DNA of 52,548 nucleotides, counting the filler, from Basidiobolus ranarum (lineage: Eukaryota): NCBI GenBank assembly GCA_040143965.1. It is 3 parts of 3 records of this genome, joined end to end, with 100 filler letters (N's around TTAATTAATTAA, not from the genome) between each part and the next. Parts side by side here need not be neighbours in the genome. Positions count along the whole stretch, not along the records: positions 1 to 17,518 come from JASJQH010007178.1; positions 17,619 to 35,050 come from JASJQH010007180.1; 1 more part is not named here. One strand, 5' to 3'. The position numbers were made by a program, and so were the translations under genes. The notes beneath the pieces were generated by a model, which made no database searches, was not told the origin of the DNA, and worked only from the letters and a program-made list of their open reading frames with translations. Shown here in pieces: positions 13,286 to 26,125 of this stretch. Position 1 is the stretch's first letter, and each line of letters starts with the position of its first letter.

Positions 13286-14985
13286 AAAATAAACCGAAAG
13301 TGTAGAAATATATCAAGGTTACTTTCCACCAGGTTCTTGCTCAGATATTTCCCTTTTTTTTTAATCTGTTATGTTAAAACCAACTCAAAACAAACTTCAC
13401 TTGATCTTTTAGGCTGGGTGGTATTTTTCTCTGTTTATTTTGATCTTTTTTAATCGTCTCTATCGCGATGTCTAATCCAATCATATTGAGTGATTTTATT
13501 GTTCTTTATTCAATGAAGTTCCCTAATTAGTGTCTCCAAGTCTACGTGAATGTTAGAAATGGGGGAACCAGCGCCTCAACCCTAGATTTCGGCAATCAAC
13601 AATCAATTCTATTTACTAGCATATAAGCGGTGTGTGTTTGATGCTGATGATATTCTATGTCTGACGTTAAACCAGATTCTTAGTTAGACATTAAGCAACG
13701 GAATTGGTTATCTGATGGGTATCACGGGGGGTCTAATCCACTGTGAAGGATCCAACGTGTCCAAATTGATTATGTCAGACATCGGATTACCCATAATTAC
13801 CCAATTCATTAGCAATTCTATTTATAGGAAGTCTTATGTGAAATTCCGTCTCCAACGCATGTTCACTCCAAGACACCTTCCTATTAATGCTTACCACCAA
13901 ATGCGCAGACTAGTTCAAATTCGAGGTAGCGCTAATAGGTTAAGTAAGATGCTCCATTTCCACACTAATTCGAACTCGCACATCTGCTAATAAGGCACCT
14001 CAAACCATACTACAAGTGGATATACATATACAGCACTGACTTTGAGAATACAACTGACTATCATTAACGCAGCAATACCATACTTCTGGTGTGCGTCATA
14101 CGATCCATATTTCCCGAAAACCTCCAATGGAGATTAGTTATTTGCAACGAACAGGACACAGGTTCGACACGTGAACCTATATTTGTACATGCCCTGCTAA
14201 TTGTAAGTATTGCGATGGATCAACACAACAGGTTGGCTGCTCCTAATCTGAGTGGAACCCAACATCGAGCATACCGATATTAATTAAACTGATACTGGGT
14301 CTCTCACAGGTACCAAATACCCGTTAGTTTACGATGGACTCTCACAGCTCGTCGACGTTCATACTTTCGCGTTATCGTTTAAGCGAAAATGAGAATACTT
14401 TCATAGCATTGGTCGATTAAAATATCTACATCAAACCCCTACTTCACATTGGTTTAATTGCATATTGTTATGAACAGTCCAAAGTTCCATTGCTACATAC
14501 TGCTACTGAGAGGCCATCATGGATTTCGATGAGACTGTATTAGAAACCCATTCAAACAATCGAATGTCATCGATGGTTAAGCATTCCAATCCTCTAGTCC
14601 GTACGGTGGTTGTAAATGTAGTGAACAAGGAAACAATGTCATGCACAATTTATTAAGGAGAAGAGGAGAATAGAGGCCAGTAAATTCGGACTGTTTCAAG
14701 TAAACTAATCCATGCTGTCCTCCAAAGCCCACGAAGGTGAGTTCCCACCACAAGTCGCAATCCTCTGGATGTGGTTCCCTCCAAATTGAATGTACATTAT
14801 TTTCCTCATATTATATGCATGATATCAGCTGGATCCACGATGGTTCAGCATGATGCCCATGGATCTATTTGCCTGATATTTAGTATATAACTACGACGGA
14901 TCCCCCTCTATCATTCATCATTCTATCAATAGCCCAGTCTTTCATCATCTTCTTTCTCCTCTAGTCTTCCAATACCAATCTCATT

Positions 14986-15309
14986 ATGCGTTTCATTTCC
15001 ATCACCGCTCTTTTCGCCCTTTTCGTCGCTTCTGCCTCTGCTCAATCAACATCCCCATCCATGTCGATGCCAATGTCCATGTCCATGCCAATGTCTGATT
15101 CCATGGCGACCTCTATGTCGATGCCCACCGGAAGCATGAGTTCTGGAAGTGCCATGTCAATGCCTAGCAGTGGTGCCATGAAGCCCACTACCTCAAGTGG
15201 AAGTCAATCAGGAATGAACAAGCCCAACTCCGCTTCTAACGTTGGAGCCAGGTCAGCCATGATGGGACTATTAGTGGCTAGTGGGTTGGTTGCCCACCAA
15301 TTGTTGTAA
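14986..15309 (+). CDS. Small secreted, probably GPI-anchored Ser/Met-rich protein (107 aa)
   Basis: Signal peptide MRFISITALFALFVASASA, low-complexity S/M/P core, N-S-A omega-like site and hydrophobic tail. TATATAA at ~14885. Confidence 0.85.
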   Translation: MRFISITALFALFVASASAQSTSPSMSMPMSMSMPMSDSMATSMSMPTGSMSSGSAMSMPSSGAMKPTTSSGSQSGMNKPNSASNVGARSAMMGLLVASGLVAHQLL

Positions 15310-16546
15310 TTGACCACAAGCATTGATTCTATGATGGGTTCATGTATTTCAACTTCAACTGAGGTTTAGTTCGGATACCATCCAGGTTTCAATCGACTAG
15401 TTAGTTTTATATGAGATCACCTTCTGTTATGCCCTTTCCTCTTCTTCCTCAGAATGGACTACCACTCAATCTATAAGTCATTGGATCTTCTTGTGATATC
15501 CACGGAACCAAATTGTTTGGAATAAAGCAAAATATGACACCACAAATCATCGCACATTTTCTCTTGCATGCCATTTGAAGACCCTTTTCCCATTGTGGGT
15601 AGGGGTTCAAATGATGTTAACTATAAATAGTAATCCAAACCAGATGAACAGGTTCATTGGACAAGACGAAGGGTTTTAGTTAGGTTAGTATGCACCATCG
15701 TTCCTTACCAGATGGAGTGGTGAGAAGTATTGCGATTCCCAAGTTTCATCCGATCGGAAAGTAATCGCTTACGCTCCTTGCCATTTGGAGAGATACTTTT
15801 CCAGGTGATTGGTGTGTAGCTCAGTGATACGATGACATGGTTTAAATCAGTAATTGTAAATTCCCATCCTAGGCCACATGAGCAGATGAAAAAATGGATC
15901 ACGCGACCCGCAGTCATCTAATCCTAATGTAAGCAGAAGGATTGATTACAAACACCCCCCTAATCTGAAGCAAGGTACCGTTCTTCCAATATTCCATACT
16001 CGGCTCAAGTAAACATTCATTTTACATTGTCTTAAGTGGCAGGGGATTCACCATAGATCCTTTCCAATGAAATAGCTGATTCGAAATCACCAATTTGCCG
16101 TCAGTTTTCGTCAGTTTATTAAATGTTGACTGAGCTGCAAATATGACGAAGTAGAACTTGTTATGTGCATACTGTTGGTTGTGGATTATGACATTCACCA
16201 TACTTTGTAGTCCTGATCGCCATACTGGATGCACATTGAAACCATCCCACATGTAATCTGCGATCACGTTTGGCTGCGAGGGAACTGATCTTCTGCGCTA
16301 GAGTGACAAACCCGTATCAATTGGTGATTGAGTCAACACACCAAAATACCAACCATAGTTTCGGGTAAATTCAACAAGGGGAGTACATTTCTACACGAAA
16401 CAAATGACGATACATAACTACATGCTCGATGAATCTACATGTATGTTCACGTTTTTTTTCCTATTTACTGGGGAAATTTCTGGGTATATATTTCATTGAT
16501 GACTTCCGTAAAATCATCAATTCATTCCTTTCTCTATTCAATCAAC

Positions 16547-16891
16547 ATGCGTTTCTTCACTGCTACTTTGGTTCTTGCTATCATCGCTACCGTTTCAGCT
16601 CAAAGCGATTCTGCCTCTGCCTCCGCTACCGCTGCCAGTAGTAGTCCTACCAACGCCATTCAATCTGCCTCCTCCGCCTTAGGTAGTGTTGCTGGATCTG
16701 CAACATCCGCCATTGGCGGTGCTGCTGCCTCCGCCACATCTGGTATAGCTAAAGCAATTAGCTCGCTCAATCCGGCTGCCACTAATGGTGTGAATGGTTC
16801 TCAGCGTAGCTCTGCCGTTACCATTGACCCGAAAGCATCTGCAGCTGGAATGATTGTTGTAGCTGGACTTATGATGCAGATGTATCAATAA
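16547..16891 (+). CDS. Small secreted, probably GPI-anchored Ala/Ser-rich protein (114 aa)
   Basis: ATG at 16547 gives signal peptide MRFFTATLVLAIIATVSAQ, A/S/T-rich core, SSA site and hydrophobic tail. Same architecture as 14986-15309. Confidence 0.85.
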   Translation: MRFFTATLVLAIIATVSAQSDSASASATAASSSPTNAIQSASSALGSVAGSATSAIGGAAASATSGIAKAISSLNPAATNGVNGSQRSSAVTIDPKASAAGMIVVAGLMMQMYQ

Positions 16892-16929
16892 TTTCCACTT
16901 CCTCGATTTCACCAAGAATCCAAATGGTG

Positions 16930-17174
16930 TTGTCAAGATGGAAACAAACTAACATGAAGAATATGTTAAGGAAGGTCCCAGGAGCATGTATGCAAAGTTT
17001 GGGGCTTCTAGCACAAGTTTGAAAAATGTATATATCTGAGAACTTCTAAGTTGGTAAAAATATTCCAAGTAAACTCTGATTGAGAATATGGATAATATCT
17101 TAGTGAATTATAAGATAACTAGGTACTAAGCTATATATGACTATATAGATGTTTAGACAAAGCTAATTTCAACA
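16930..17174 (-). mobile_element. Partial LTR (family A)
   Basis: Matches ~2942-3187 and ends GCTAATTTCAACA. Confidence 0.85.
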
Positions 17175-17518
17175 TTTTCTACATGTGCAATTCTTTTAAT
17201 GCAATCTTTGCTTCAATGGTCAATTCTTTCACAGTGATCACAGAATGTGTTACTTTTCTTCTTAAAGCGCTTTTAACCTTTGTAGGAAGGTCTCCCATAG
17301 CCTACTAAAGCATTTTCTTCATTCTTTTGGTTAGACCCCAATTTGTGTAAATCTTCATCCAGGAGTCTGCCAAATACATAATTTAGGGTCAAATTTTCAA
17401 TTCTTGATTCTAGAGCCATTACTAGGCTCTGAAACTTGTGTGGCAGGCTATTCAGGACTGTAACTATGATATCTTGATCTGTAGTAGGTACTCCAATGCA
17501 TTCCATTTCATCCACTAA
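17175..17518 (-). pseudogene. Ty1/copia gag relic (UBN2-type region plus CCHC zinc knuckle) with premature stops
   Basis: VLNSLPHKFQSLVMALES..LTLNYVFGRLLDE, then in frame KG*KRFKKKSNTFCDHCERIDH*SKDC (CX2CX4HX4C). Confidence 0.85.
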
Positions 17519-17618
17519 NNNNNNNNNNNNNNNNNNNNNNNNNNNNNNNNNNNNNNNNNNNNTTAATTAATTAANNNNNNNNNNNNNNNNNNNNNNNNNN
17601 NNNNNNNNNNNNNNNNNN
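17519..17618. other. Assembly spacer (100 nt) with artificial six-frame stop linker TTAATTAATTAA
   Basis: N44-TTAATTAATTAA-N44, the same structure as at 35051-35150. Confidence 0.97.
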
Positions 17619-17726
17619 ACTATATAAGTCACCATATACTCTTAAGAATAAACTAACTAAAACACACTATCATAAGTTGCTTCTAATACTCAAAGTCTAC
17701 CCCCATTATGTCAAGATCCTCCAACA
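17619..17726 (+). mobile_element. Possible 3' end of an LTR from a second family
   Basis: Contig-edge sequence with TATATAA, AATAAA and a terminal CCAACA. Single copy in the window. Confidence 0.3.
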
Positions 17727-19886
17727 GATGCATATTCAATTTATTTCTTGAATATTATATAAGGTGAAATGGTAACATAACTTATATGTAACTGAGAAAT
17801 GTAGAGACAGACAAATTTTGAAACTTGTCCAGTATTTTTTTAAACTTTCCAACACCATTGATGCATTTGAAATACCAAAATTACTACTTTCCTTTCATTG
17901 TGAATTGAAGTCCATGATTCCAGTTTAAAATACAAATTGTACTGCTTTTCAGCTAATATATTCTATAAGCCTAAATTATAGATAGAAATTTTCCAATTCG
18001 TCCAAAACGCCTCAAACTTTAAACTCAACTTCTTGAACGTCCTAGAAATACGTTCTTGTTAATTTTACTAACATTGCCAACACAAGTAGAAATATATATT
18101 TCCAATTCTGTGAAACAATGAGTGAAAATCTCATATTTATTTTAATTATCTTGAATACTTACAATACTTCTAAGATACTTAACAGAAAAAATAATATTTC
18201 TACTGAGCTTAAAGCAAAATTACCGTTAGGAAATAGAGTAGTTACTATTGTCAATTGTCGCCTTGATAATGAAGAGATTATGTAAGTAGTTAGTCCTGTG
18301 TAAACTATGATCTTGGCATGAGATATATCTTTTTTAACTCCAACATGCAACATAACATGAGTTAACTAATCTGCAGGTATTACGTAACCTATGTCTTGAT
18401 TTGTAATCATCGGGTCCATTCTCTTCATTGTAGTTTAAAGCGTTGTCTGAGAGATTCAACGAACTATATATGGCTTTTAACTATATTCAAGTCATCTTTA
18501 CTCATATCTCTTAGAAGTCAAGTATCCAGTATCTCTATGCGATCATTATATGCGCTTGGTTATTGAGCTTGACATTTCGTCTTTGCAAGCGAAGAAACCA
18601 AAAACCCAAAATTTGGCTTCCGCTGAACTCCAATTGTTGTATGGCTTTAATCACTTCATACAAGTAAAAACAAAAATATGAAGTAAACTAGGCAGGAATA
18701 TGGTCAAATATTAATAGGCTTGAATCATGATTTTATTCCATAATTCCAGGACATGCTGATGCTTACATAGAAATAGCACATGAATAATATTGAGTGAATA
18801 TCAGTTAAAGTCCGCACAGATGTCAGCATTTTAAGCATATTACTACTCACCATCGCACCTTAAACAGTTAATCTATATATACCAATGTGAAGGATGAGTG
18901 GCCTGAATAATCGAATTGCCTTCATAAAAGATGGTCACCTGGCATTGAATTTGGGTTGCTGCCCATAGCATATTTTCCGTATGTTGTCATTTAATCGTCA
19001 TCTCAAATATAGCAGGTTCTCGCAAGATGCTCCTTATTTCCTATTGGGGTGCAGAGTAGGAGTTTCACCGGCGTTAGTGGAGGAAGTCTCTACTGGTGAG
19101 ATACATGTTTGTACAGACTGCTTGTGAGTATAAGCCTGTGTTCATGATTGGTGGCATATCTTGAGCATCGATGTACTGCCAGCCATCTTGCAGAATTGTC
19201 CAATTGGGACCGGCTCACTTGAAAGTAGATTTTCCTTTATTGGAAATGAGGACTATTCATGGAGTTAAAAGTGTAGATTTTACTTGGAATGAACACCTTT
19301 GTTCACGGCATTTCTGTATCCGATTGAAAATATTATCAATGATCATAATTTAATGAAGATGCTTTATAAACACTGATGAGTGGCTGTTGATTGAGCTTAA
19401 AAGGTTCATAAATTTATTCCGAATATATTGACGGTACCTGTAATTTAGTATACTAGAGGATATTATGTGAAGCTCATAGTCATCAAGTGAATTCATATTG
19501 TTTATATTTAAGATGCTTAGCATTTTAGTAATAATTGTACGTATGGAGCTTCAACAGATGGTGAAATTAACAACGGGATTACTGGGTAAACAGATTATAT
19601 AGAAAGAGTCGGTTTTTGGATGGACACAAGCAGAATATCAGTTAAGAGTGCTATTCACAACATGGAAGTTCACCATGAGCTTGGTGATCTTTAAGCAGCA
19701 AAGGCTCAGTGAGTTAAACATGCATGCATTTCGTGCAATCGACAGAGATTTCCAAGAGAAGGAATAGCTATGAATAAATAATTCGTAGCCACTGGAGCGG
19801 GATTTGAGCGTTAATACGTTGGCAGGCAGTAGGGCTACTCATGTATTTGTTACAGAACAGAGATTGAATTTTCAGATTTAAATGCA

Positions 19887-20357
19887 TCAGACAGAGAATG
19901 AAAGTGTCTCAATAGCGGGCAAATCCTCAAATAGTTCCTTTAATTCTTTGTTAGAAGTATGTAAGACCCCGGTTTGGTGATTGAACCCATTCTTAAATAT
20001 CCTAAAGCTCATCTTCTCTGCAAAAGGTACAAAATCGAAGAACTCCTCAGCTCTGATGTTCAGTTCACTACAGGTAGTGGTATTGCTTCTTGGTAGAGGG
20101 AATTGGTAATTGCGTCCCACTAAGCTTAAGAAATCAAGTCCCTCGTGGACCTTCGCTTGATTCATATGTCCATAGTGGATCTTTTCTTTTGGAACAAGGG
20201 ATTTTTCACGAGAAGAGGCAGGAAGTAACAGATAATCATAGACATTTTGAAGGGTGATTAAAGGAAGGGAGTTTTTGGTGGTGAATCTGCATTGCAATGG
20301 TGAGAGCACCCTAAGGTTCAATCTACGCCTTGCTAATTGATTGTATAATGAGTTCAT
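19887..20357 (-). pseudogene. Unknown protein with LRR-like segment; ORF followed by degraded coding-like sequence to ~18900
   Basis: TATATAA ~70 nt upstream of ATG. FFDFVP...ELKELFEDLPAIETLSFSV* resembles the ORF at 24529. Downstream frames are broken by stops. Confidence 0.5.
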
Positions 20358-23300
20358 AAAATTCTATTGAATAGCCAGTAAAGTAGGAAAGATGGAGTCG
20401 GTAGTCAATGTGGAAAGCCAGGGCTTATATAGCAACGTCCGAATTGGTTTTGGCTATGTGGTAATATACTGTGCATTTAAATACAGGTGATGTTTACGAG
20501 GCCAGGTATTTTCGATCTGCACACTTCTTTCCTATTTCATTACATTAGAGTAATATGGAGAACCCCAGGTACTTTTAATCATTGGTACGTTGGCATAAGA
20601 CACCTGTTCAGAACAGACAGACTGTCACAGAGTGATGAATGAAATGGTCGCCGGCCATTATGGCTCCGCGGATATCTGATGAATGGATGAGTGTGCTATC
20701 ACGAGGTCGTGACTCACTGTCAGAGTGGAAATGAGAGCGTTGAATTACTCCTATTGTATCTAGATTGAGCCAGATAACATTTACACATGACTATCCATAT
20801 CGATAAGGATCAACCACAAAACCTGACGAGTCAGATGAAATCCACCGACATTTTGTTGCTACATTTACAGACGCGTTCGAGTAGTCGGTTCGTAAGACTG
20901 TGGTGGGAGGTGTATGGGATGAAACGATGCAGAGCATATGATTAGCTTATGTTCTAAATTCCGTGTGACTATAATGCTTTATCATTCATCTCTCATTTGG
21001 AGTTCTACTTGCTCTGCATGTAGTGGCTAGATTGTCACATTAAGGTCCTTTTCCTGCAACTCTACTTGCTATCGATCTATTTACCGTTTGAGCACAAGCT
21101 AGCCATGCATGTGGCAACCTTTTTTCTTACGCAGGGGATTTGACAAACACAATGCCGGGGAACAAAGTTTTGAATGGCCCCTTACGACGTGTAAGCATGT
21201 AATGTGTTAATTACAATGAGTCTGAAATCTGCGAGAATGACATACCACCGTCTCCTATGTGATGAATCTCAAATATCCTGCCAAAGGGATCGGCGGTGAC
21301 CTGGTCACTCTGACTGCTGTTTTCTTTATTGCTGGGTTTGTTGCCTTACAATAGGGCAATCCGGGAAGAGAAAGAGCGGTAACACACCAACAAATCATTG
21401 CAGGAAGGTGATTCATTGCTGAGGAAATACAAAGATATCACACCACGTTGTCACCGGTAATGAAAACTAAGTTTACCCAGCATGCCATATGCACCAAAAC
21501 CATAAATGGTGATCTTGGATCGCAGTAAAAGGGTACATAACTTCAAAACAATGTTGGCGCAGAGTTTTGACCATGCTACATTATGTGAATTGACTGGAAC
21601 ACATATGTTTGAGTAGATTATGGGCTGAGGGGCTTCAGTAATTCAGTCAAAATACGGCCTGGACCATGACTGTTTCTCGAGTAAGATCCGTTCATATGAA
21701 TTTGGAGATTTCACTGCATAATTCTGGACTGTTGCTAGTCAAGTTTAACATATTCTCACAAGCGACAACTTTGGTAGCACCTACAAGTGCAGAATTCTAT
21801 CAAAGGAAGAAAGAGGCCTTCAATCACTGCTTTCCAAATAGTAGAGAGAAGTTTCTGATGGAGTGCTTGGCAACCTATTAACAAATGATGGTTCAACTAA
21901 AAACTCCGCATTATTCGTGGATCAGTGACGACTTATGCTGTGCTCAGATGAATATTTACCATCGCAGAGAGTAATACCGGATTTGACCATATATGCTAGT
22001 ATTCGTTGCATTAATTACGGAATCCCTAGAATGTGTATTATGGCAATCGATCAAATGAATGAGGGGATAATGAAATGCCTTATTCCAGGGTTTGCAATCT
22101 CGTTACTCTACCCTAATCACATGTGGGCCAATTGAAGGTAAAGGTAGAAAACAGAAGTGATCAACGAAGTTTAAAACCATAGGAAAACCTAACCTGATTT
22201 CGATGCTGATGGATCAAGATTCAGATAAGGTCGCACCTTGATCTAAGCACTGTAATAAAAACTACTCATTACATAGAGCAAATATGTTTCGACTGTCCTA
22301 GTCGAAACGAAATACCAGCACTTGAAAGCTCGTGACATAAATCAGGACTGGTACAAGACTGAAGTGGGCCATCTTGCTATCTAGTCTTGCTAGTAAAAGT
22401 GATATTTCCTTCAATTGATCTTGCTGATTAAACACCGCTTTTTCTTGAATGGCATGGTTCAAGTGATTGTTTCCTAACAGGAGGGTGAAAGGTCGGGAGA
22501 AACCGGATAACACCGGTTTAGAAATCCCGACGTTGGTCGCACTATTGCTATCACATGGTTACAGACTAATATGGAAATCGACGAACAGCCTGGTCGCATG
22601 ATACATAATATAGATTCTCTACTTTTTGGTGCAAAGTCATGATCATATCATCCATTTGAGTGTCAACTCGAGTCAGACCAAATATGAGCCGTTAGCCAGT
22701 TGATGGAAAAATGACTCATTTATTGAGGTCGAGGAATGACAGTGACTTCTAGCTCATCGAAATCATAGGCGATCCAACGACATCCAATATTCCGTAACAC
22801 CAAACAATTAGGTGAGGTGGATATGTGTGAACAAGTCGGGGATTTCTGCCGTAGTCAATGGCGAGCTACCATAATAGCCACGGGAGGTTCTGCGCTGATG
22901 CCCTTATTTGCACCGTTTTTCGTAATTCAGACTTGGGGACATGTGCTTGTATTTCATGTATCTCCCCTTAAGTATCCTGCAATTCAGATTTACTGGTCAT
23001 TTGATACTTTCAGGATAAAGAAATGCTTGATCCGCATCACCTGAAGTGAAAATAGACTCACTTGATTGCTTCGGAGCCCCAAGTTAACTCGCCATAAACT
23101 AGGGTTAGGCATCTAAATAGGAAATATGAAAGCAAAGGAACGATCAACCCAATCCATTTGTCAAACCATTATAGGTTAGTAACTACAAAAAGAGATTCAG
23201 CTAGATGTTTTCGCACCTTTATCCGTATGAAGTAAAGGCAGTTACTTTTTCCTTCAATACTCCATAAACACTGATGAGGTTAAAATCTTAAAGCAATTTT

Positions 23301-24528
23301 GGATTATCGTAATCCCTTGGCAGATTTCACCATGCATGCCACCCTGTCTGAATCTTGGATTTATTCCATGGTTTCCAATAGCTCCTCGATTCATGAGATA
23401 TGGAGTCTAATAGAGGCGTCCTAAGGGTCTGATGACGCTAATGAAACAGATATGATTTAATACTGATAATCGGGTACATTGATTGGTATGCGGGTTGACA
23501 TTAAGTTGTCTAACAATGATTTTTCTGTTCAGTGTGAACTGGAAACATGTGAAAATGGCCACTTGCCACTTTCACCCAAACCTGAATTATGCAGTCGGTG
23601 AATAGGGTTACCTTAAACATGGTTTGAACTAGGCTTTGTATCATTATTTAGACGAAAAAAGTCACGAAGTTCACGATTGTTAAGGCGAGGAGGAGCATAA
23701 TTGGGCACATGAGTCTAAAACATGTGGTGAGTTGGCCTTTCAATTAGGAGTCTGGACGATCTCACAGAACTAGTAATTTACCAAGCGAACCCTAATATAC
23801 CTATCCCGAACCCACAGCTTGTTATCCAATCCCAGTTTAAAGGCGAAGGGAGTATTGGCAGAGACATGCGTTAAGGGTTGGTGTGTGTGTGTGTTCGGTC
23901 TAGAGTTTATACATATCTCAGTTTTCACTGGTCCGAGTTAGATGCTTAACCTGTATCTAATCCAAGTTGATGCTAAAAACATCATTGGAGGATTAACATC
24001 TCATCATATATCGATAACCACTGATGCGTTAAAAATGGGGAAGATCTCTCTAGGGAGACGGATTTACCCGATCTTGTCTAGGCCAAAGATCGTTGGTGGC
24101 TGAATGTGAGGATTTGTAGAGCATGGTCGTTAGCTCGCTCAGTCCTCTACTATAAACAAAGTGTATTTGGAGCCGGAGTATTGTGAAGCACCTATAAGCA
24201 TCTGCTGATTCAAGTGGGTGACACGGGACCATATGGATAAGGGTGAAGTGATTGTATTTGTTCAGTCGAAGCTAACAAACCTTAGCATGCGGAAATTGTT
24301 CGGATCCAATATATCCACTATTTCCGATGGATCCATATATTAGAAATTGAACCTGTTGGTCACTTTTAATACAGTTTTTGTACTGATACAAGTCAGCTTT
24401 TCCCAGTCCGGTTAAAATAGATTTCTTATCATTATCGCGGCATCAGATCAGTGAGTCGCAAGTGCGGAGAATGCTCATATAAGTCGTTACCTCGTATGGC
24501 ACCAGCTCCAAATCCCAATCCTTTCCAA

Positions 24529-25074
24529 ATGAATTCCTTTCGAGTCACATCACGAAGCTTGAGAATAAAGCGACATATCCATCTTTCTACCCGTACATAT
24601 CGCATAGCTGTGAACGGTCACTCTACAGGACTCCCTTGGTATATGGTAGTTTCTCCAGATGCGCCGCTGCCATACTCTTCCACATTACCAAGCTACGGTA
24701 GAACAGACGCAAAGAGGTTGCCAAGAGCACAGATTAGAACTACAAATGTCGAGGGGATATTCGAATCACTCCAGGGGTTTGAGTGTATGACCTTCCATTC
24801 AGAAACCGCCACCAATTCCAATAACCCAAATATTTCTAAATATCTTAACCAATACGATTCAACAATGCTGGACTTTTTTCGATTTTTACCCAATATTGTT
24901 GACCTAAATTTCCAAGGGCCATCCACTAATAACCAGGACCCAAATAACAGTTGCTATGATCATAACGATACCTGCACTAACATGAATACATCATCGAAGG
25001 AACCTTACTTTTCTGAATTCGATCGATTGTTTATGTTGCTTCCATCTATACATTCTTTAAGTTTCCGAAAATGA
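24529..25074 (+). pseudogene. Paralog-like unknown LRR-type protein; degraded continuation beyond the stop
   Basis: TATAA ~50 nt upstream of MNSFRV. FFRFLP...EFDRLFMLLPSIHSLSFRK*PDL, and later in another frame FPTLMYIII*ACSGL, which fits a Cys-containing LRR pattern. Confidence 0.5.
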
Positions 25075-26125
25075 CCTGATTTGCGTAGTATATTCAGCCT
25101 TGTTCTGTTTCCACTTTACCATACGAAAAGAAGGATTGTGGCAGCATCATCATCACCCCTTTCATAGCCAGGAGACCGAAGGAAACGTTAATCTCTGTTG
25201 GGACTTTCCTACCTTAATGTATATAATCATATAGGCTTGTAGCGGACTAAATGTATGCGTATTTACATGGCTCCTTTTTTGAAAATTTGAAATGGAATAG
25301 GCCAGGGCGCGATATAAAATCATTCGATATGATTGAAATATAAAATCCTTATAAAGACATAATCTAAACAGTAAACACTTATCTGGTTCACTAGATTTGG
25401 GCCCAAATAATCGAGTATAAGCATTTAGACGATACGCAAGAAACAATCTGTAAAATTTCTCTCGTTGAATTGATGGGATATCATTAATGATAAATAAAGT
25501 TTCGGTGCCTAATCAAAGAAATCTTTTTCTGGACACTTTTGGTAGTTTCTGGGAATCTGGCGGAGGTTTTTCATTTGCGTTGATGTTAACTCTACGACTT
25601 AGGATCCGGTAGAACTCTTGTATCGTAATATTAACAAAGATTTCATAAGAGTTTGCAGTGGCCTGATAAATATCAATTAGTGTCTGTGCAATCATGTATC
25701 GAGCCATCTTGCCATCATGCGTGACAATACCACACTAACAAATACTTCCTGACCGTAGTGAAATAACGAAATATGAGTGTTTGACACTAGATATCTATAT
25801 TTAAGGACAACTCACTACTACTTTACCGAGAGATTTACTGCAGTTCACAGATATCTCCAGAAGCACCCTAGTTTCTGGCAGATCGTTACATGATACAAAA
25901 GTAGCGTATCAAAATCGAGTCATAAAGGTAGGAGCTACACTTCATACAATCCCTCCCATAGTCATCACCGATTGGTTACTTGTAGGAAATATTCAAACAA
26001 GTTTTTGAAAATGGAGGCGCGACTAGGGCAAGAACGAATATAAATGATAGTAAAAGATGGGACGGTTGGTTTTTTTACTCATAACACTACTGCAATTAGT
26101 GACACTTCTCTTGCACTGCTTACAA

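Noticed and set aside
17519-17618. TTAATTAATTAA palindrome inside N-runs (also 35095-35106) as a biological motif
   Set aside because: It is centred identically in two 100-nt N spacers, so it is an artificial six-frame-stop contig linker.
20805-20850. Hammerhead-like core CTGACGA...GAAA (similar at ~23429)
   Set aside because: Stems I and II cannot be formed convincingly, so this is probably chance.
21290-22520. Coding-like degraded sequence between the two LRR-like genes
   Set aside because: All frames examined are interrupted and no family could be recognised by eye.
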